A stretch of DNA of 64,000 nucleotides from Nannocystales bacterium (lineage in GTDB: Bacteria; Myxococcota_A; Polyangia; Nannocystales; Nannocystaceae): contig JBOEGF010000043.1 of NCBI GenBank assembly GCA_050633305.1, forward strand, positions 254,725 through 318,724, read 5' to 3'. Position numbers and translations under genes: made by a program. Positions 1 to 9,791 of the stretch are shown here, piece by piece (the first letter of the stretch is position 1; each line of letters starts with the position of its first letter). A model generated the notes under the pieces. It did no database searches, was not told the origin of the DNA, and worked only from the letters and a program-made list of their open reading frames with translations.

Positions 1-287
1 GCCGCGAGTTCGGCTCCTGCCGCGTGAAGCGCGTCGTAGGCCTCGCGATGACTCCACCACAGCTGGTTGACCACCCACGCCGATACGCTCGGTTTCGAGA
101 GCGCACGAACGGACTCCGAGAGCGCGCGCTTCCCTGCTTCGAGGAGCCGGCGGGCCAACGCGTTCCTGCCCTTGATGAAGTCCTCGCGGGGTCCGCGGTA
201 GAGGTCGTCGATGGCGGCGTTGGTGGCGTCGTCGTGGGGAGGTGGATCGGAAGTCACGTACTCCTGCCGCAGTTGGGACTCCAGCAT
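1..287 (-). CDS. Conserved hypothetical protein, 5' part (runs off the window start)
   Basis: Hand translation from the ATG at 287: MLESQLRQEYVTSDPPPHDDATNAAIDDLYRGPREDFIKGRNALARRLLEAGKRALSESVRALSKPSVSAWVVNQLWW. Open to the window edge; not in the ORF track because it has no stop here. Confidence 0.7.
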   Translation of the reverse strand, partial: MLESQLRQEYVTSDPPPHDDATNAAIDDLYRGPREDFIKGRNALARRLLEAGKRALSESVRALSKPSVSAWVVNQLWWSHREAYDALHAAGAELA

Positions 288-343
288 ACGCCGCGCGGGC
301 TGCTATGGTCCGCGGGTCGTGAAAGCATCGGCCGCACGGGCCG

Positions 344-901
344 TTGAACTCCAAGACCATGCGCACGCCGCCTCCCGCTCAACCGCCTCTGTGGCGTTCG
401 CTGTTACTCGGTGCCGCCGCAGCGGTCAGCGTCGGCGTCATCTTGGTTTGGCTGATGCAGGACCCGCCGGCGCCCGATGCCGTCCCCGAGGGCATGGTGG
501 CCGACGAGGACGGCAGCCTTGTGGATCGCAAGGTCCGCTTCGAGGCCGACCGGGACTCCCGACGCCGAGCGGCCCTTCCCAGAACCGGCGCCTCGCTGAT
601 CCTCAAGACCTTCGAAGGCGCGGGGCCCGGAGTCGTTCCCGTCTCCGACTTGCAGAATGCTCGGGAAGGGTTCGAAGCCGTGATCGCGGAGATCGAGCTC
701 AAGGCGGAGCGCCCCCGGGCCCTCAAGCAGCGGGAGTGGCGCGAGTACTACCGTGCGGCCAACGATGCCTTCGCTGCGCTGTCGACCCAACTCGATGGCA
801 AGAACCCGAAGCAGGCCAAGGAGCTTGAAGAGGCGCACACCAAGTTGGTGACCGCCCTGTCGATCGTCCGGGTTCGGGGCGGCAAGTTCCGGATTCACTA
901 G
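344..901 (+). CDS. Hypothetical protein with N-terminal membrane anchor
   Basis: One hydrophobic segment (LLLGAAAAVSVGVILVWLM) followed by a charged helical region; high-GC3 codons. Start may be the ATG at 359. Confidence 0.75.
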   Translation: MNSKTMRTPPPAQPPLWRSLLLGAAAAVSVGVILVWLMQDPPAPDAVPEGMVADEDGSLVDRKVRFEADRDSRRRAALPRTGASLILKTFEGAGPGVVPVSDLQNAREGFEAVIAEIELKAERPRALKQREWREYYRAANDAFAALSTQLDGKNPKQAKELEEAHTKLVTALSIVRVRGGKFRIH

Positions 902-1084
902 GGGCCGTCCCCAATTCGGTGGAATGGTCAGAGGGGTGTCAGCAGAGTCCAGGCCAAGGCACGAAGAGGGCGTTTGTCGGGCACAAGCAACCGATGAGGA
1001 ACGACGGCATGGGCTCTGGGGGCGCCGCTATGGCCGTTTCATCGAATTGGGGACGGCCCCTAGGCCATTCTCCGCTCGGGCCCG

Positions 1085-1993
1085 ATGAGCCCGGGGTATG
1101 TTCGCTGCGTGCGTCGTCGCGACACGATCGTGGGGCTGGGTGCAGCGTTGCTGGTGCCCGGGTGCGCCTCGAACTCGAACAACGATAAGGATGAGTTCGC
1201 GGGGATAGGCCAGGTCGGGAACTCTTCCGAGCCGCCGCCCGGTGTGTTTCGGCCCCTTGTCGAAGGGGACCTCGCCGGGATCCAGACCCGCGGCGCCATG
1301 TTGTTCAATCTGCAGCGCGCGCTCCGACTGGGCTTCGAACACGGGGCGCAGTCGGTCGGCACCGCCGAGGGGGACATCATTTTGCCGCTGGTCGATGTCG
1401 ATCCCGGCGGTCGTTCGGCCCAAGCTCTGTTTGTCCGGTGGAGCCCGGACCGGGTGGGGGTCGACGGCAACTTGCACCCCAAGTACGCCAAGCGTTGGCT
1501 GCTGGTCTCCTTGATGCTCGAGCCAGAACGGGTGCTCGATCGAGAGTTGCTCGCCGGTGACGTCGGCGAGGACACTGTCGAGTTCCACCGAATTGCCGCC
1601 ATGCTCGCCGCCGCCAAGGCGCTGCAGTCTCGCGCGCCCGACACATCATTCCATCTGTTCACCGTCGCGGAGCTGGCCCCGTCCAAGAACCGGCGGCACT
1701 CTGCGATCATCGCCACGCGCGTCTACGCGATGGGCGTCGCGGAGGACGGCCCGGATTACGAGGTCCTCGTGGATGAGGCCAAGAAGTCCAAGATCCCCGG
1801 TGTGCTCGGGGTCTCCGAGGTCCATGCTCCTGGCGCAATCACCGGAAGCCAGATCCGCGTCCAGGGGCCTCAGCCTGCGCCCGCGTCGGTGGCTCGCGTG
1901 ATGGGCCGAGGCACCTCGGGCCCGGCCGAAGTTGAGTCGGCTTCCGGCCTTTGGCTCGTCGATGGGCGCACCGGCCTCGTCACGCGGCCCTGA
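1085..1993 (+). CDS. Hypothetical lipoprotein
   Basis: RRR followed by a hydrophobic stretch and lipobox-like VPGC; 302 aa ORF with protein-like composition. Confidence 0.75.
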   Translation: MSPGYVRCVRRRDTIVGLGAALLVPGCASNSNNDKDEFAGIGQVGNSSEPPPGVFRPLVEGDLAGIQTRGAMLFNLQRALRLGFEHGAQSVGTAEGDIILPLVDVDPGGRSAQALFVRWSPDRVGVDGNLHPKYAKRWLLVSLMLEPERVLDRELLAGDVGEDTVEFHRIAAMLAAAKALQSRAPDTSFHLFTVAELAPSKNRRHSAIIATRVYAMGVAEDGPDYEVLVDEAKKSKIPGVLGVSEVHAPGAITGSQIRVQGPQPAPASVARVMGRGTSGPAEVESASGLWLVDGRTGLVTRP

Positions 1994-2064
1994 AGCGGAC
2001 ACGTTGGTGACGTTGGCGGTGCCGCGGGTGACGGGACGGGGCTCCGTGGGCTACGGTCAAGGCT

Positions 2065-2988
2065 CTGGCACAGGACGAACCACGCCTCGTCGGCCCTGAA
2101 TCGACCGCCGACCTGCCCGCAGGCACCGACATCACGTTCGGAAAGACCTTCCGTGTTCTCGAGCCGCTGGGCGAGGGAGGCATGGGCAAGGTCTTCAAGG
2201 CCTTCGACCCCTTCATGAACCGCTACGTCGCCCTCAAGGTGATGAAGCACGACGTGCCCGAGGGAGAGCAGCGACGCTTTCGGCTCGAGGCTCGGTTGTT
2301 GGGGAGCTTCACTCACCCCAACCTGGTGAGCGTGCTCGATGTGGGCACCATGAAGGAGCGCGGCCTGTACTGGTTCGCGATGGAGTTCCTCGAGGGCACC
2401 GACATTCGTGGTGCGATGGATCGAGGCCGAAGCGTACCGCTGCACGTGCTCTGCGAGATCTTTCGGCAGACACTCGATGCGCTGCACTACATCCATCTGC
2501 GGGGCATCGCCCACCGCGACATCAAACCGGCCAACATCTACGTCTGCCGAGATCCACACGACCCTCAGCTCCGGCCGGTGAAGGTGTTGGACTTTGGCGT
2601 TGCGCGGGATCTCAAGGATGAGGCCCCGGAGGAGGGCGGCTGGATCCTGGGCGACCCTCGCTACATGCCGCCCGAGCAGACCAAGCCGAACCTCGACCTC
2701 GACCACCGTGCCGATGTGTACGCGCTGGGCATGACGTTCTACGAGGCGATCACCGGACACCACCCGTTCGAGGATCTGGTCGGTCAGCACCCCAAGCTCC
2801 TGCTTCGTGCCCAACGTGAGCGGGACCCGTTGCCGCCCAGTACGCTCTTGGGTCCCGACACTCCGCAGCAGACCGCCGACATCGTCGATGCTTTCTTTGC
2901 GCAGGCCTGCGCCAAGAACAAGGAGCACCGCTTCCACGATGCTCGCGCAATGCAGCACGCGATGACGGTACTGCTTCAGTACGCCTGA
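2065..2988 (+). CDS. Hanks-type Ser/Thr protein kinase (kinase domain only); start uncertain
   Basis: LGEGGMGKV glycine loop, VALK, HRDIKPAN, DFG, YMPPEQ, DVYALG. Most of the glycine loop lies upstream of the track ATG (2182), so the start is placed tentatively at the in-frame CTG at 2065. Confidence 0.9.
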   Translation: MAQDEPRLVGPESTADLPAGTDITFGKTFRVLEPLGEGGMGKVFKAFDPFMNRYVALKVMKHDVPEGEQRRFRLEARLLGSFTHPNLVSVLDVGTMKERGLYWFAMEFLEGTDIRGAMDRGRSVPLHVLCEIFRQTLDALHYIHLRGIAHRDIKPANIYVCRDPHDPQLRPVKVLDFGVARDLKDEAPEEGGWILGDPRYMPPEQTKPNLDLDHRADVYALGMTFYEAITGHHPFEDLVGQHPKLLLRAQRERDPLPPSTLLGPDTPQQTADIVDAFFAQACAKNKEHRFHDARAMQHAMTVLLQYA

Positions 2989-3022
2989 GCGCGGCTGTGT
3001 CTTGTCCTGCAGGCGCGAGGGC

Positions 3023-4225
3023 CTACTCGAGCCAGTCGCTGGGGATCCGCATTCCGGACATACTGTCGCCCGGCCCCATGCCGCGCAGGGCATCTCCGCC
3101 GACGCGGCGGGTGGCCAGGCCTGCGAAGGTCTGAAGGCTCGCCGAGCTGCGGGGGAGGTGGTGACGGTCGAGAAGGCTGGACATGTTCGCCCCCATCATC
3201 CACGCGGCATCGGAGTGCGCGAGCGTACGAACGACCAGCTGTTGCGTGGAGTCCAGCTCCTCGAACTCTGCGGCGGCAGGCTCGGTGGGATCGAAGGCCA
3301 GCCCGACGATGGTCTCGGCGATCGCCAAGGCGCTGCTGGGGTCGGACCCCGCGAGCAGCTTGGCGAGGGCGGGGACGGTGTGTGAGGCCTTGTCTCGGCC
3401 GATGGCCAACAGGGCACGCGCCGTGGCGGCGGGGGTGTTCTCATCCGCCCACGGGGACTCGGCGTGCAGCGGCTCGATCGCAGAGGGATCCTTGAGCGCG
3501 AACATCAATGACTCGACCACGGCGTCGTCGGAGTCGGTGGTCGCCAGGAACGCCAGAGACCGGGCTGCGGCCCACCGCACATAAGGTGCGTTGTCGTGCT
3601 CGACCAGGTCGAGCAGACGCATGCGGGTGAGCGGCTCATCACCCAGGCTTCCCAACGCCTCGGCGATGCTCGCTCGGACGACGGGGACCGACTCGCTCGC
3701 GAGCCGTCCGCCGAGCACGGCGATCGTGGTCGGTGCATCGTCACGGAGTCCGCCCAGCAGGAACGCGGCGGAAGCACGGGTCCCAGGGTCGTCGTGGGAC
3801 AGCAGCTGCCGGTAGGTTTGCAAACCCTTGCGCACCGCCAACGTGGCATCACCAACCCAGGACTGCTCTTGGGCGATCTTCGCGGCGAACTCCGGAGTGT
3901 TTCGCTCCCCCTCGTAGATGCCGTGCTCCTGGTGCACTTCGTGGTGGGAAGCGCCGTTGGCCAGAGCGCTGAGGTAGATCAGCAACCACGGCCGGTCGAC
4001 GTGCTCGGCATGCTCGAGCAACTCGACGAGGAACGGGATCGCTGGCGGCGCGGCCTCGCACACCGTGCCGTGCGACCACAGCGTTCCGTACAAGTCGTAC
4101 TGAGACCGGGCCCGGGGTTCGTCGTCTTCGGACGCGAGGTCTCGGATCAGATCGGGGACGTCGTCCGCGGGACCCTGGGCGTGACGCAACTTCGCCCACG
4201 GGACGTCTTCGAGGCCATCGAGCAT
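3023..4225 (-). CDS. HEAT-repeat protein
   Basis: W..L.HA.G.A.DVP N-terminus and repeated (T/V)RxxAAxxLG helices; start taken at MLDGLEDV. Confidence 0.8.
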   Translation of the reverse strand: MLDGLEDVPWAKLRHAQGPADDVPDLIRDLASEDDEPRARSQYDLYGTLWSHGTVCEAAPPAIPFLVELLEHAEHVDRPWLLIYLSALANGASHHEVHQEHGIYEGERNTPEFAAKIAQEQSWVGDATLAVRKGLQTYRQLLSHDDPGTRASAAFLLGGLRDDAPTTIAVLGGRLASESVPVVRASIAEALGSLGDEPLTRMRLLDLVEHDNAPYVRWAAARSLAFLATTDSDDAVVESLMFALKDPSAIEPLHAESPWADENTPAATARALLAIGRDKASHTVPALAKLLAGSDPSSALAIAETIVGLAFDPTEPAAAEFEELDSTQQLVVRTLAHSDAAWMMGANMSSLLDRHHLPRSSASLQTFAGLATRRVGGDALRGMGPGDSMSGMRIPSDWLE

Positions 4226-4448
4226 CGCCCAACACCATATTCCAAGCGGGGGCACTCGCGGCAGTTTCGAGTAAGCATGCTGCTCATGACGGAAGTCACA
4301 GGCTGTGGCGCCCGGATCCAGTGCAACGCCGTACGGACGCTCGATTGTGCTGCGCAGCAGGCGCGGCCGATTCGCGGACGACGAGAGAGATCGCGGGTCG
4401 AACGTCGGGTGGGGGCCTGGGTCGCGACGGGAGCGACAAGCCCCAACG

Positions 4449-4485
4449 AAAAAACCGAGGCCGGCTCGTGAGAGCCGACCTCGGT
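4449..4485 (-). terminator. Intrinsic terminator downstream of tRNA-Ala(GGC)
   Basis: Hairpin accgaggccggctc/gagccgacctcggt next to an A-run on +, which is a U-tract on the minus-strand RNA. Confidence 0.75.
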
Positions 4486-4487
4486 CA

Positions 4488-4560
4488 TGGAGGAGAGGGG
4501 GTTCGAACCCCTGACCTACGCGCTGCCAGCGCGTCGCTCTCCCAACTGAGCTACACCCCC
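4488..4560 (-). tRNA. tRNA-Ala(GGC)
   Basis: Reverse complement GGGGGTGTAGCTCAGTTGGGAGAGCGACGCGCTGGCAGCGCGTAGGTCAGGGGTTCGAACCCCCTCTCCTCCA. Anticodon GGC, G3:U70 alanine identity pair, no CCA encoded after the discriminator A. Confidence 0.95.
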
Positions 4561-4781
4561 ATGGAGAACTTCCCCGCCGTTGACGGGGCGCTTGAACTAC
4601 ACCGGGCCGTCCGGGGCGTCAACCGAAAACCGACAGCCTTTCGAAAAACCGAGTCCGGCGACCCACGGTTGAGCTGCAAGCGATCAACAGGCCGGCCGTT
4701 CTTGCTCCCCGCGTGGACCCCGGGCCATGATCCGCCCGCGTCTTTGGGCCACTCGAAGCGCCCACGCACGCCGCAACCATC

Positions 4782-5474
4782 ATGGATTTCGCCGAACTCT
4801 TCGCGCAGGGCGGGGCCCTCATGTGGGCCATTCTCGGCGCGTCCATCGTGGGCACCGCCGTCTTCATGGAGCGCCTCTGGTCGCTCCAACGATCCAAGGT
4901 GCTTCCTCGCGACTTCGTTGACCGAGTCCGTGGTTTGGTCGGACGTCGAAAAACCTCGGAGGCACAGGTGCTCTGCGAGGAGAACCGCTCGAGCATCGCG
5001 TCGATCATGGCGGCCGCGATTCGGACCCACGAACACGGGAAGACACGGGCCGAGATCAAGGAGGCGGTCGAGGAGGTTGGCAACCGAGAGATCGCCCATC
5101 TCGATCGCAACGTCGAAGTCATCGGAACCGTCGCCCAGGCGTCACCGTTGATGGGGCTGCTCGGTACGGTCATCGGGATGATCTTTGTGTTCCAGGACTT
5201 CGTGCAGTCCTACAAAGACGGAACCGTGGGCCCTGATTCGTTCGCACAGGGGATCTGGCAGGCCCTCATCACCACGGCGTTCGGTCTGACCGTCGCCATC
5301 CCGATGCTCGTCGCCTACAAGTATCTTCAAGGCCGCAACGACCGGCTGATCGTCGACATGGAAGAAGACGCGATGGGTCTTGTGGACCTGCTCGAGGACA
5401 CGACCCGACGCGAGCCGAGTCGTTCGAGAGGCAAAGACAGCAAGAGCGAGGACGAGTCGGAGGACGGTTCGTGA
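4782..5474 (+). CDS. exbB: MotA/TolQ/ExbB proton channel protein
   Basis: PLMGLLGTVIGM and GIWQALITTAFGLTVAIP signature helices. Confidence 0.9.
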   Translation: MDFAELFAQGGALMWAILGASIVGTAVFMERLWSLQRSKVLPRDFVDRVRGLVGRRKTSEAQVLCEENRSSIASIMAAAIRTHEHGKTRAEIKEAVEEVGNREIAHLDRNVEVIGTVAQASPLMGLLGTVIGMIFVFQDFVQSYKDGTVGPDSFAQGIWQALITTAFGLTVAIPMLVAYKYLQGRNDRLIVDMEEDAMGLVDLLEDTTRREPSRSRGKDSKSEDESEDGS

Positions 5475-5890
5475 GCTTTAGGCCTCGGGGCCTTGGCGCT
5501 CGAAGTCATCGACGTCGGCGGGAGACGTTGGTTGATCTCACACCGCTCATCGACATCGTGTTCCAGCTGCTGATCTTCTTCCTCCTCACCGCGACCTTCC
5601 AGGAGACCCCGTCGTTCAAGGTCAAGCTGCCCAAGGCGAAGAACACGGACGTCAACAAGGAAGCCAAGGCGGTGATGGTGACGCTGGGCTCCGATGGCTC
5701 CTACGGGATCGATGGCAAGGTCGTCGACTCGGCCGAACTCGAACTGCGCCTGTGTGCCGCGGCGCAGGGCGAGAGCACCGGGGTGAGCATCAAAGCCGAT
5801 GCCGACACCCCGCACCGCTACGTCGTCGAAGTGATGGGCTTCGCGAAGTCGTGCGGCCTCGAGAAGCTGAACATCCTGCATGGTCGGTGA
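5471..5890 (+). CDS. exbD: ExbD/TolR biopolymer transport protein
   Basis: DLTPLIDIVFQLLIFF transmembrane motif, IKAD..TPH..VV.VM; overlaps the exbB stop (GTGA). Confidence 0.9.
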   Translation: MSFRPRGLGARSHRRRRETLVDLTPLIDIVFQLLIFFLLTATFQETPSFKVKLPKAKNTDVNKEAKAVMVTLGSDGSYGIDGKVVDSAELELRLCAAAQGESTGVSIKADADTPHRYVVEVMGFAKSCGLEKLNILHGR

Positions 5891-6002
5891 GACCCTGAGG
5901 TTCGTTTCGGGAATCGTCGGCTAGGTAGGCTTCGCTACGCTGCTGTCATCGTCTACTCTCTACGGCCAGGAGTCGTTGAATACAGGAAACGAAGTCGCGC
6001 GG

Positions 6003-6809
6003 ATGAAGAGTCTCGTCATTGCCAGCCAAAAGGGAGGGGTGGGGAAGACGACGGTGTCGCTCAACCTCGCCTACGCGTTCGCTCGGGCGGGATACCGGAC
6101 GGTTCTTGTCGACACTGATCCCCAAGGGGCAATCGGGCTGTCGCTCTCGAAGTCTCTGACGACGCGGCTTGGCCTCGCGGACTACGTTGCCGGGGAAACC
6201 ACCGTGGATGACGCGTTGGTCGCGACCAAGGTCGACGGCTTCTCGATCATCCCGGTCGGTACGGTCGCGCCGCTCGAAACGCAGAGCTTTGGCGCAGCCA
6301 TGGCGGACGGAAGCCGACTACGGGGGCTGTTTGACGCCCTCGGCTCGCGTTTCGACCTGGCCTTGGTGGACACACCGTGTGGGTTCGGCGGCATCACCGC
6401 CGGCGCGCTCCGAGCTTGCTCGCATGCCGTCTCGCCGATTCAAGCGGAGCCAATCTCACTGCGCTCGGTGATGCAGCTGCTGGAGATGGTCAAGGCCCTG
6501 GGCGCGGAGGGGGAAGTCGCCGGTGTCGTCGGATTCTTGCTGAGCATGCTTCAAACGGACGACGAGGCGTCGCTTCAAGTTGCGCGGGATGTCTGGGAGA
6601 TGTTCCCGCGCGAACTCTTGTTCGACGTCAGTGTCCCGCGCGATGGCGTGTTCCTCGAGGCGACCGCTGCGGGCGTCCCGGTGGGCCTGCTGCGCCGGCC
6701 TGCTCCCCCTGTCACCCACGTTTTCGACTTGGTCGCGTCCGAACTGGCGCGACGAATGGAACTGGATACCGCGAGGATGGTCGATGGCCCACAGTCACTC
6801 CTGGATTGA
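6003..6809 (+). CDS. ParA/MinD/Soj-family ATPase
   Basis: Deviant Walker A QKGGVGKTT, DTDPQG, Walker B LVDTP; start taken at MKSLVIAS. No parB adjacent. Confidence 0.9.
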   Translation: MKSLVIASQKGGVGKTTVSLNLAYAFARAGYRTVLVDTDPQGAIGLSLSKSLTTRLGLADYVAGETTVDDALVATKVDGFSIIPVGTVAPLETQSFGAAMADGSRLRGLFDALGSRFDLALVDTPCGFGGITAGALRACSHAVSPIQAEPISLRSVMQLLEMVKALGAEGEVAGVVGFLLSMLQTDDEASLQVARDVWEMFPRELLFDVSVPRDGVFLEATAAGVPVGLLRRPAPPVTHVFDLVASELARRMELDTARMVDGPQSLLD

Positions 6810-7458
6810 TCTCGACACGCTGCGGGCATTGGTCAAGGACACGGCGTACCGCCCGTTGGCTGGCGACGAGCTGCCAGGCGCCATGACGGATCGGTCTGCG
6901 CTGCTCGAGACGAGTTCGCCCCCACGTCCCCCCGAGCGTTCGGCGCCTGCCGAGCCCACCCTCGATCGTACGCCGACTCCCTCGCGGCCCGTGGGGTCGG
7001 TCCGACGTGCGACACGGCCGACGCTGCCGAACCCCGACCTCGGTCCGCCGGGGTCGCCACCACCGGTTCGCGCATCGATGCTCGACCCGTTTCTCCCCAC
7101 CCCCGGTCGCTTGGAGTCCCGCCTCGAGCAGCTCATGGTCTGGGCGTGCAAGGTGACCGGGCTGGCCCGGGCCTATGTCGCCGACTCCGACGGTCTGCTC
7201 GTCGCATCCCTCAACGCTGGCGCGAACGCGGTGGATGACGCCGCCGCTGCGGTCGATCTCTGTTCCCGGTCCGTACCCGCGGACATTGGGGGGGCGGACG
7301 CAGGCTCCATAACCATGGTGGCTTCGGAGCGAACGCATGTGATCGCTTGGGATCTCACGCGTCACGGGCGGACGTACCTGGCTCTGTCCGGGACCGTCGA
7401 ACCAACGTCCGAAGCCCTCTCCACTCTTTCCCGCGCTCTCCGTGACGCGCTTCGCTAA
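6784..7458 (+). CDS. Protein with Pro-rich linker and C-terminal Roadblock/LC7 (MglB-like) domain
   Basis: ATG at 6784 (MAHSHSWIDL) overlaps the parA end. C-terminal TGLARAYVADSDGLLVAS resembles the Roadblock G..(A)..V..DGL..A pattern. Confidence 0.6.
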   Translation: MAHSHSWIDLDTLRALVKDTAYRPLAGDELPGAMTDRSALLETSSPPRPPERSAPAEPTLDRTPTPSRPVGSVRRATRPTLPNPDLGPPGSPPPVRASMLDPFLPTPGRLESRLEQLMVWACKVTGLARAYVADSDGLLVASLNAGANAVDDAAAAVDLCSRSVPADIGGADAGSITMVASERTHVIAWDLTRHGRTYLALSGTVEPTSEALSTLSRALRDALR

Positions 7459-7471
7459 ACGAGACTTGACC

Positions 7472-8182
7472 ATGACGAATCCTGAGTTCGCCGCGCTGGT
7501 TCGCACCATCGAGCCGTTGCGCGCATGCTTCATCATCGAAGCGAGCAGTGGTGCACTGCACCGCGAGTTCCGTAGGGGCGCCCTTACCGTTGAGCCCGAC
7601 GTGGTTGCGCGTGCTGTCGCCGGGTTGGCCCGGGCGCAAACTGAGCTCGTGGGTTCCTCCGAGCCTGCCACCCTCACCACGCTGGAATGGCCGGGGGTGA
7701 CGTTGATCGTTCGGTCGGTTTCAGCCTCCGCGCTCGTGGTGTTCTTCTTCGACGCCGAAATGTCGCTTGGGCTTGCCCGCATGCACATCACCAACGTGCT
7801 CGACCAACTCGACTCACACCTTCCGGTGGCGCACGCGACCACGGTCCGCGAGATGCCTGCGGTCCCTGCATCGCTGGCCTACTCGACGCCAGAGCCAGAG
7901 CCGGCGATCGAAAGGCCGCAACCTGCTGCAGCGCCAGCGCCAGCGCCCGAGCCGACTGCGACCGATGAGTTGCCGGCTCCGGGAGGCTCGAGGGCAGGAA
8001 AACTCCTGGGTTATCTCGATGACAACGCGCCCGACACCCACGCGGCGCTCCTTCGAGTGTCGCTGCAAACGGGTTTGCCGCTCTCCCTTCTCAAGACTCC
8101 CGAACGCCTCTCTGGGGAGGAATTCGATCAGGTCACCGCATCCGTCCGCCGAATCCTTGGCGTCGAACAACTCCCGCTTTGA
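7472..8182 (+). CDS. Hypothetical protein: Roadblock/longin-like N-domain, Pro/Ala linker, small helical C-domain
   Basis: PLRACFIIEASSG...TLIVRSVSASALVVFFFDAEMSLGLARM has the strand/helix order and LG..R ending typical of Roadblock folds. Confidence 0.55.
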   Translation: MTNPEFAALVRTIEPLRACFIIEASSGALHREFRRGALTVEPDVVARAVAGLARAQTELVGSSEPATLTTLEWPGVTLIVRSVSASALVVFFFDAEMSLGLARMHITNVLDQLDSHLPVAHATTVREMPAVPASLAYSTPEPEPAIERPQPAAAPAPAPEPTATDELPAPGGSRAGKLLGYLDDNAPDTHAALLRVSLQTGLPLSLLKTPERLSGEEFDQVTASVRRILGVEQLPL

Positions 8183-8196
8183 GGAAGACCTGAGCG

Positions 8197-9456
8197 ATGA
8201 CAAATACGATTGATTCGGCTCGGCTCCACGTGCCCGAGCATCAGTTCGACTTCCTCGCTGGGAGTCCCGTGGTGGTGCACTGCCACCACTTCAACCTGTT
8301 TTGGGACCAAACGATGGACGACGCGCTCGGCGAAGAGGTCGGCCGTCGGGTTCGGACCCATGCCGCGCACAAGTCCAGCTACAAGTTCCTTCGTGGCTTG
8401 GTCGACGAGGTGGGCGCAACGTCGCCGGTCGAACGACTGCGCCTCGCCGCGACGGTGTTCTCCGCCATGGGGCACGGCAAGTTGCACCTCGCGGTCGGTC
8501 GCAGCGGCGGACTCGTGCGGGGAGAGCAGCTTCACTATGGGTTCGGGTGGGGCGAAAAATACGGAGGACGCCTGTCTCGAAGCCACCCCGCGGATGCGTT
8601 CGCGACGGGGTTCAGCGCGGCGGCCACCGAGGTCGCGTACAACCTGGACCCGGGAACGCGGCGCGCGACCGAAGAGCGATGCATCGTCGATGGGAGCGCC
8701 GGATGCAGCATCCGGGTGTCCGGTGCCGACGCTGAGCCGATCCTCCCTCTCGGGGTGGATCCGCAGTCCGCGAAGGAGGTCCTGCCGCCCTCGTTCGACG
8801 GGATGTACGAAGATCAGATCGCACCGATCGTCTCGGGGCTTCGGGAGTTCCTCTCGGGAGTCGCGGGGGACAACCGCGGCGTGATCGAAGCGTTCGGCGT
8901 GCTGGTCACTGCGCACTTGGCCGACTACTACAACCACGCTGCGAACGACGTCCTGGACATCATCGCAGAGGAAAAGCCCGCAGGCGTGCAAGCGTTCCGG
9001 GCCCTGTTGTTGGAGGCTGGGACGGCCTGCGCGTTCCATACGTTCGGCGGGGTGTTGGCCTCTCCGGAATGGGAAGGGCTGGTCGGCCCTCCGACGGGGG
9101 ACCCGCTCGAGGTCGTCATCGGATGTGCTGCACTGGCGCGTGCGCTTGGCTTTGGCCGTTGGGCGATCGAAGAGTTCGAACCCGAAACACGGCTCGTCAT
9201 GACGAGCCCTGGGACCTACGAGTCGGTCTTCTCGCGGCTGATCTCCGCCAACGCGGCGGAGGGCCCCGGAGGCATCTTCGTCGGCGCTGGAATCGGGATC
9301 ATGCAGCTCGCACACGGCGTCAACTGGCAGCCGCGGGCCAACATCGATGGCAAGCTCTATCTTGATCTCGCGAGGAGCAATCCGTGGGTCGTGACTCAGG
9401 AAAGCTCGTTTGCGGCGGGGGACGTTCTCGATCGGATCGTGGTGACCCGTCGATGA
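8197..9456 (+). CDS. Tandem V4R-like (4-vinyl reductase/Bet3 fold) domain protein
   Basis: Two internally similar halves, with SAMGHGKL and ALGFGRW. Domain 1 has VVHCHHFN and ends in EERC...G...C; GAGGA RBS upstream. Confidence 0.7.
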   Translation: MTNTIDSARLHVPEHQFDFLAGSPVVVHCHHFNLFWDQTMDDALGEEVGRRVRTHAAHKSSYKFLRGLVDEVGATSPVERLRLAATVFSAMGHGKLHLAVGRSGGLVRGEQLHYGFGWGEKYGGRLSRSHPADAFATGFSAAATEVAYNLDPGTRRATEERCIVDGSAGCSIRVSGADAEPILPLGVDPQSAKEVLPPSFDGMYEDQIAPIVSGLREFLSGVAGDNRGVIEAFGVLVTAHLADYYNHAANDVLDIIAEEKPAGVQAFRALLLEAGTACAFHTFGGVLASPEWEGLVGPPTGDPLEVVIGCAALARALGFGRWAIEEFEPETRLVMTSPGTYESVFSRLISANAAEGPGGIFVGAGIGIMQLAHGVNWQPRANIDGKLYLDLARSNPWVVTQESSFAAGDVLDRIVVTRR

Positions 9457-9791
9457 GTCTTGCCCTGGGATTCGCGCGTGACGTTGGCTGTCGGGCCGAC
9501 TTGTTGTGGCGCTGCGATTTGGTGGACGGGACGCAAACCGCCGCATGGGTTGCGCTCGCTACTGCAGCGGGGTTCTCGTCGGTCCCCGGTTCCTCGCGTC
9601 TGGGCGTTGCGGTGTTGGAAGAGCCCGGGTCGGGTCATCGCATCGTTGCCGTGTTGCGGACCGGGCGTCTGCAGATCCGGTTGGACGCCATGACGCCGAA
9701 ACCGACGCGTGTGCTGCAAGCACGGCGGCTCTTCGATCGACTCCGCGCCCTTGAGGCGCCCGTGGACAGCCCGCAGCTGGAGGCCCCATGA
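9453..9791 (+). CDS. Small hypothetical protein (112 aa)
   Basis: ATGA overlaps with both neighbours; MSLALGFARDVGCRADLLWRC. Confidence 0.65.
   Translation: MSLALGFARDVGCRADLLWRCDLVDGTQTAAWVALATAAGFSSVPGSSRLGVAVLEEPGSGHRIVAVLRTGRLQIRLDAMTPKPTRVLQARRLFDRLRALEAPVDSPQLEAP

Noticed and set aside
6003..6809. ParA as a sign of a plasmid, prophage or origin region
   Set aside because: No parB, rep, dnaA or phage genes nearby; it is coupled to signalling-type genes instead.
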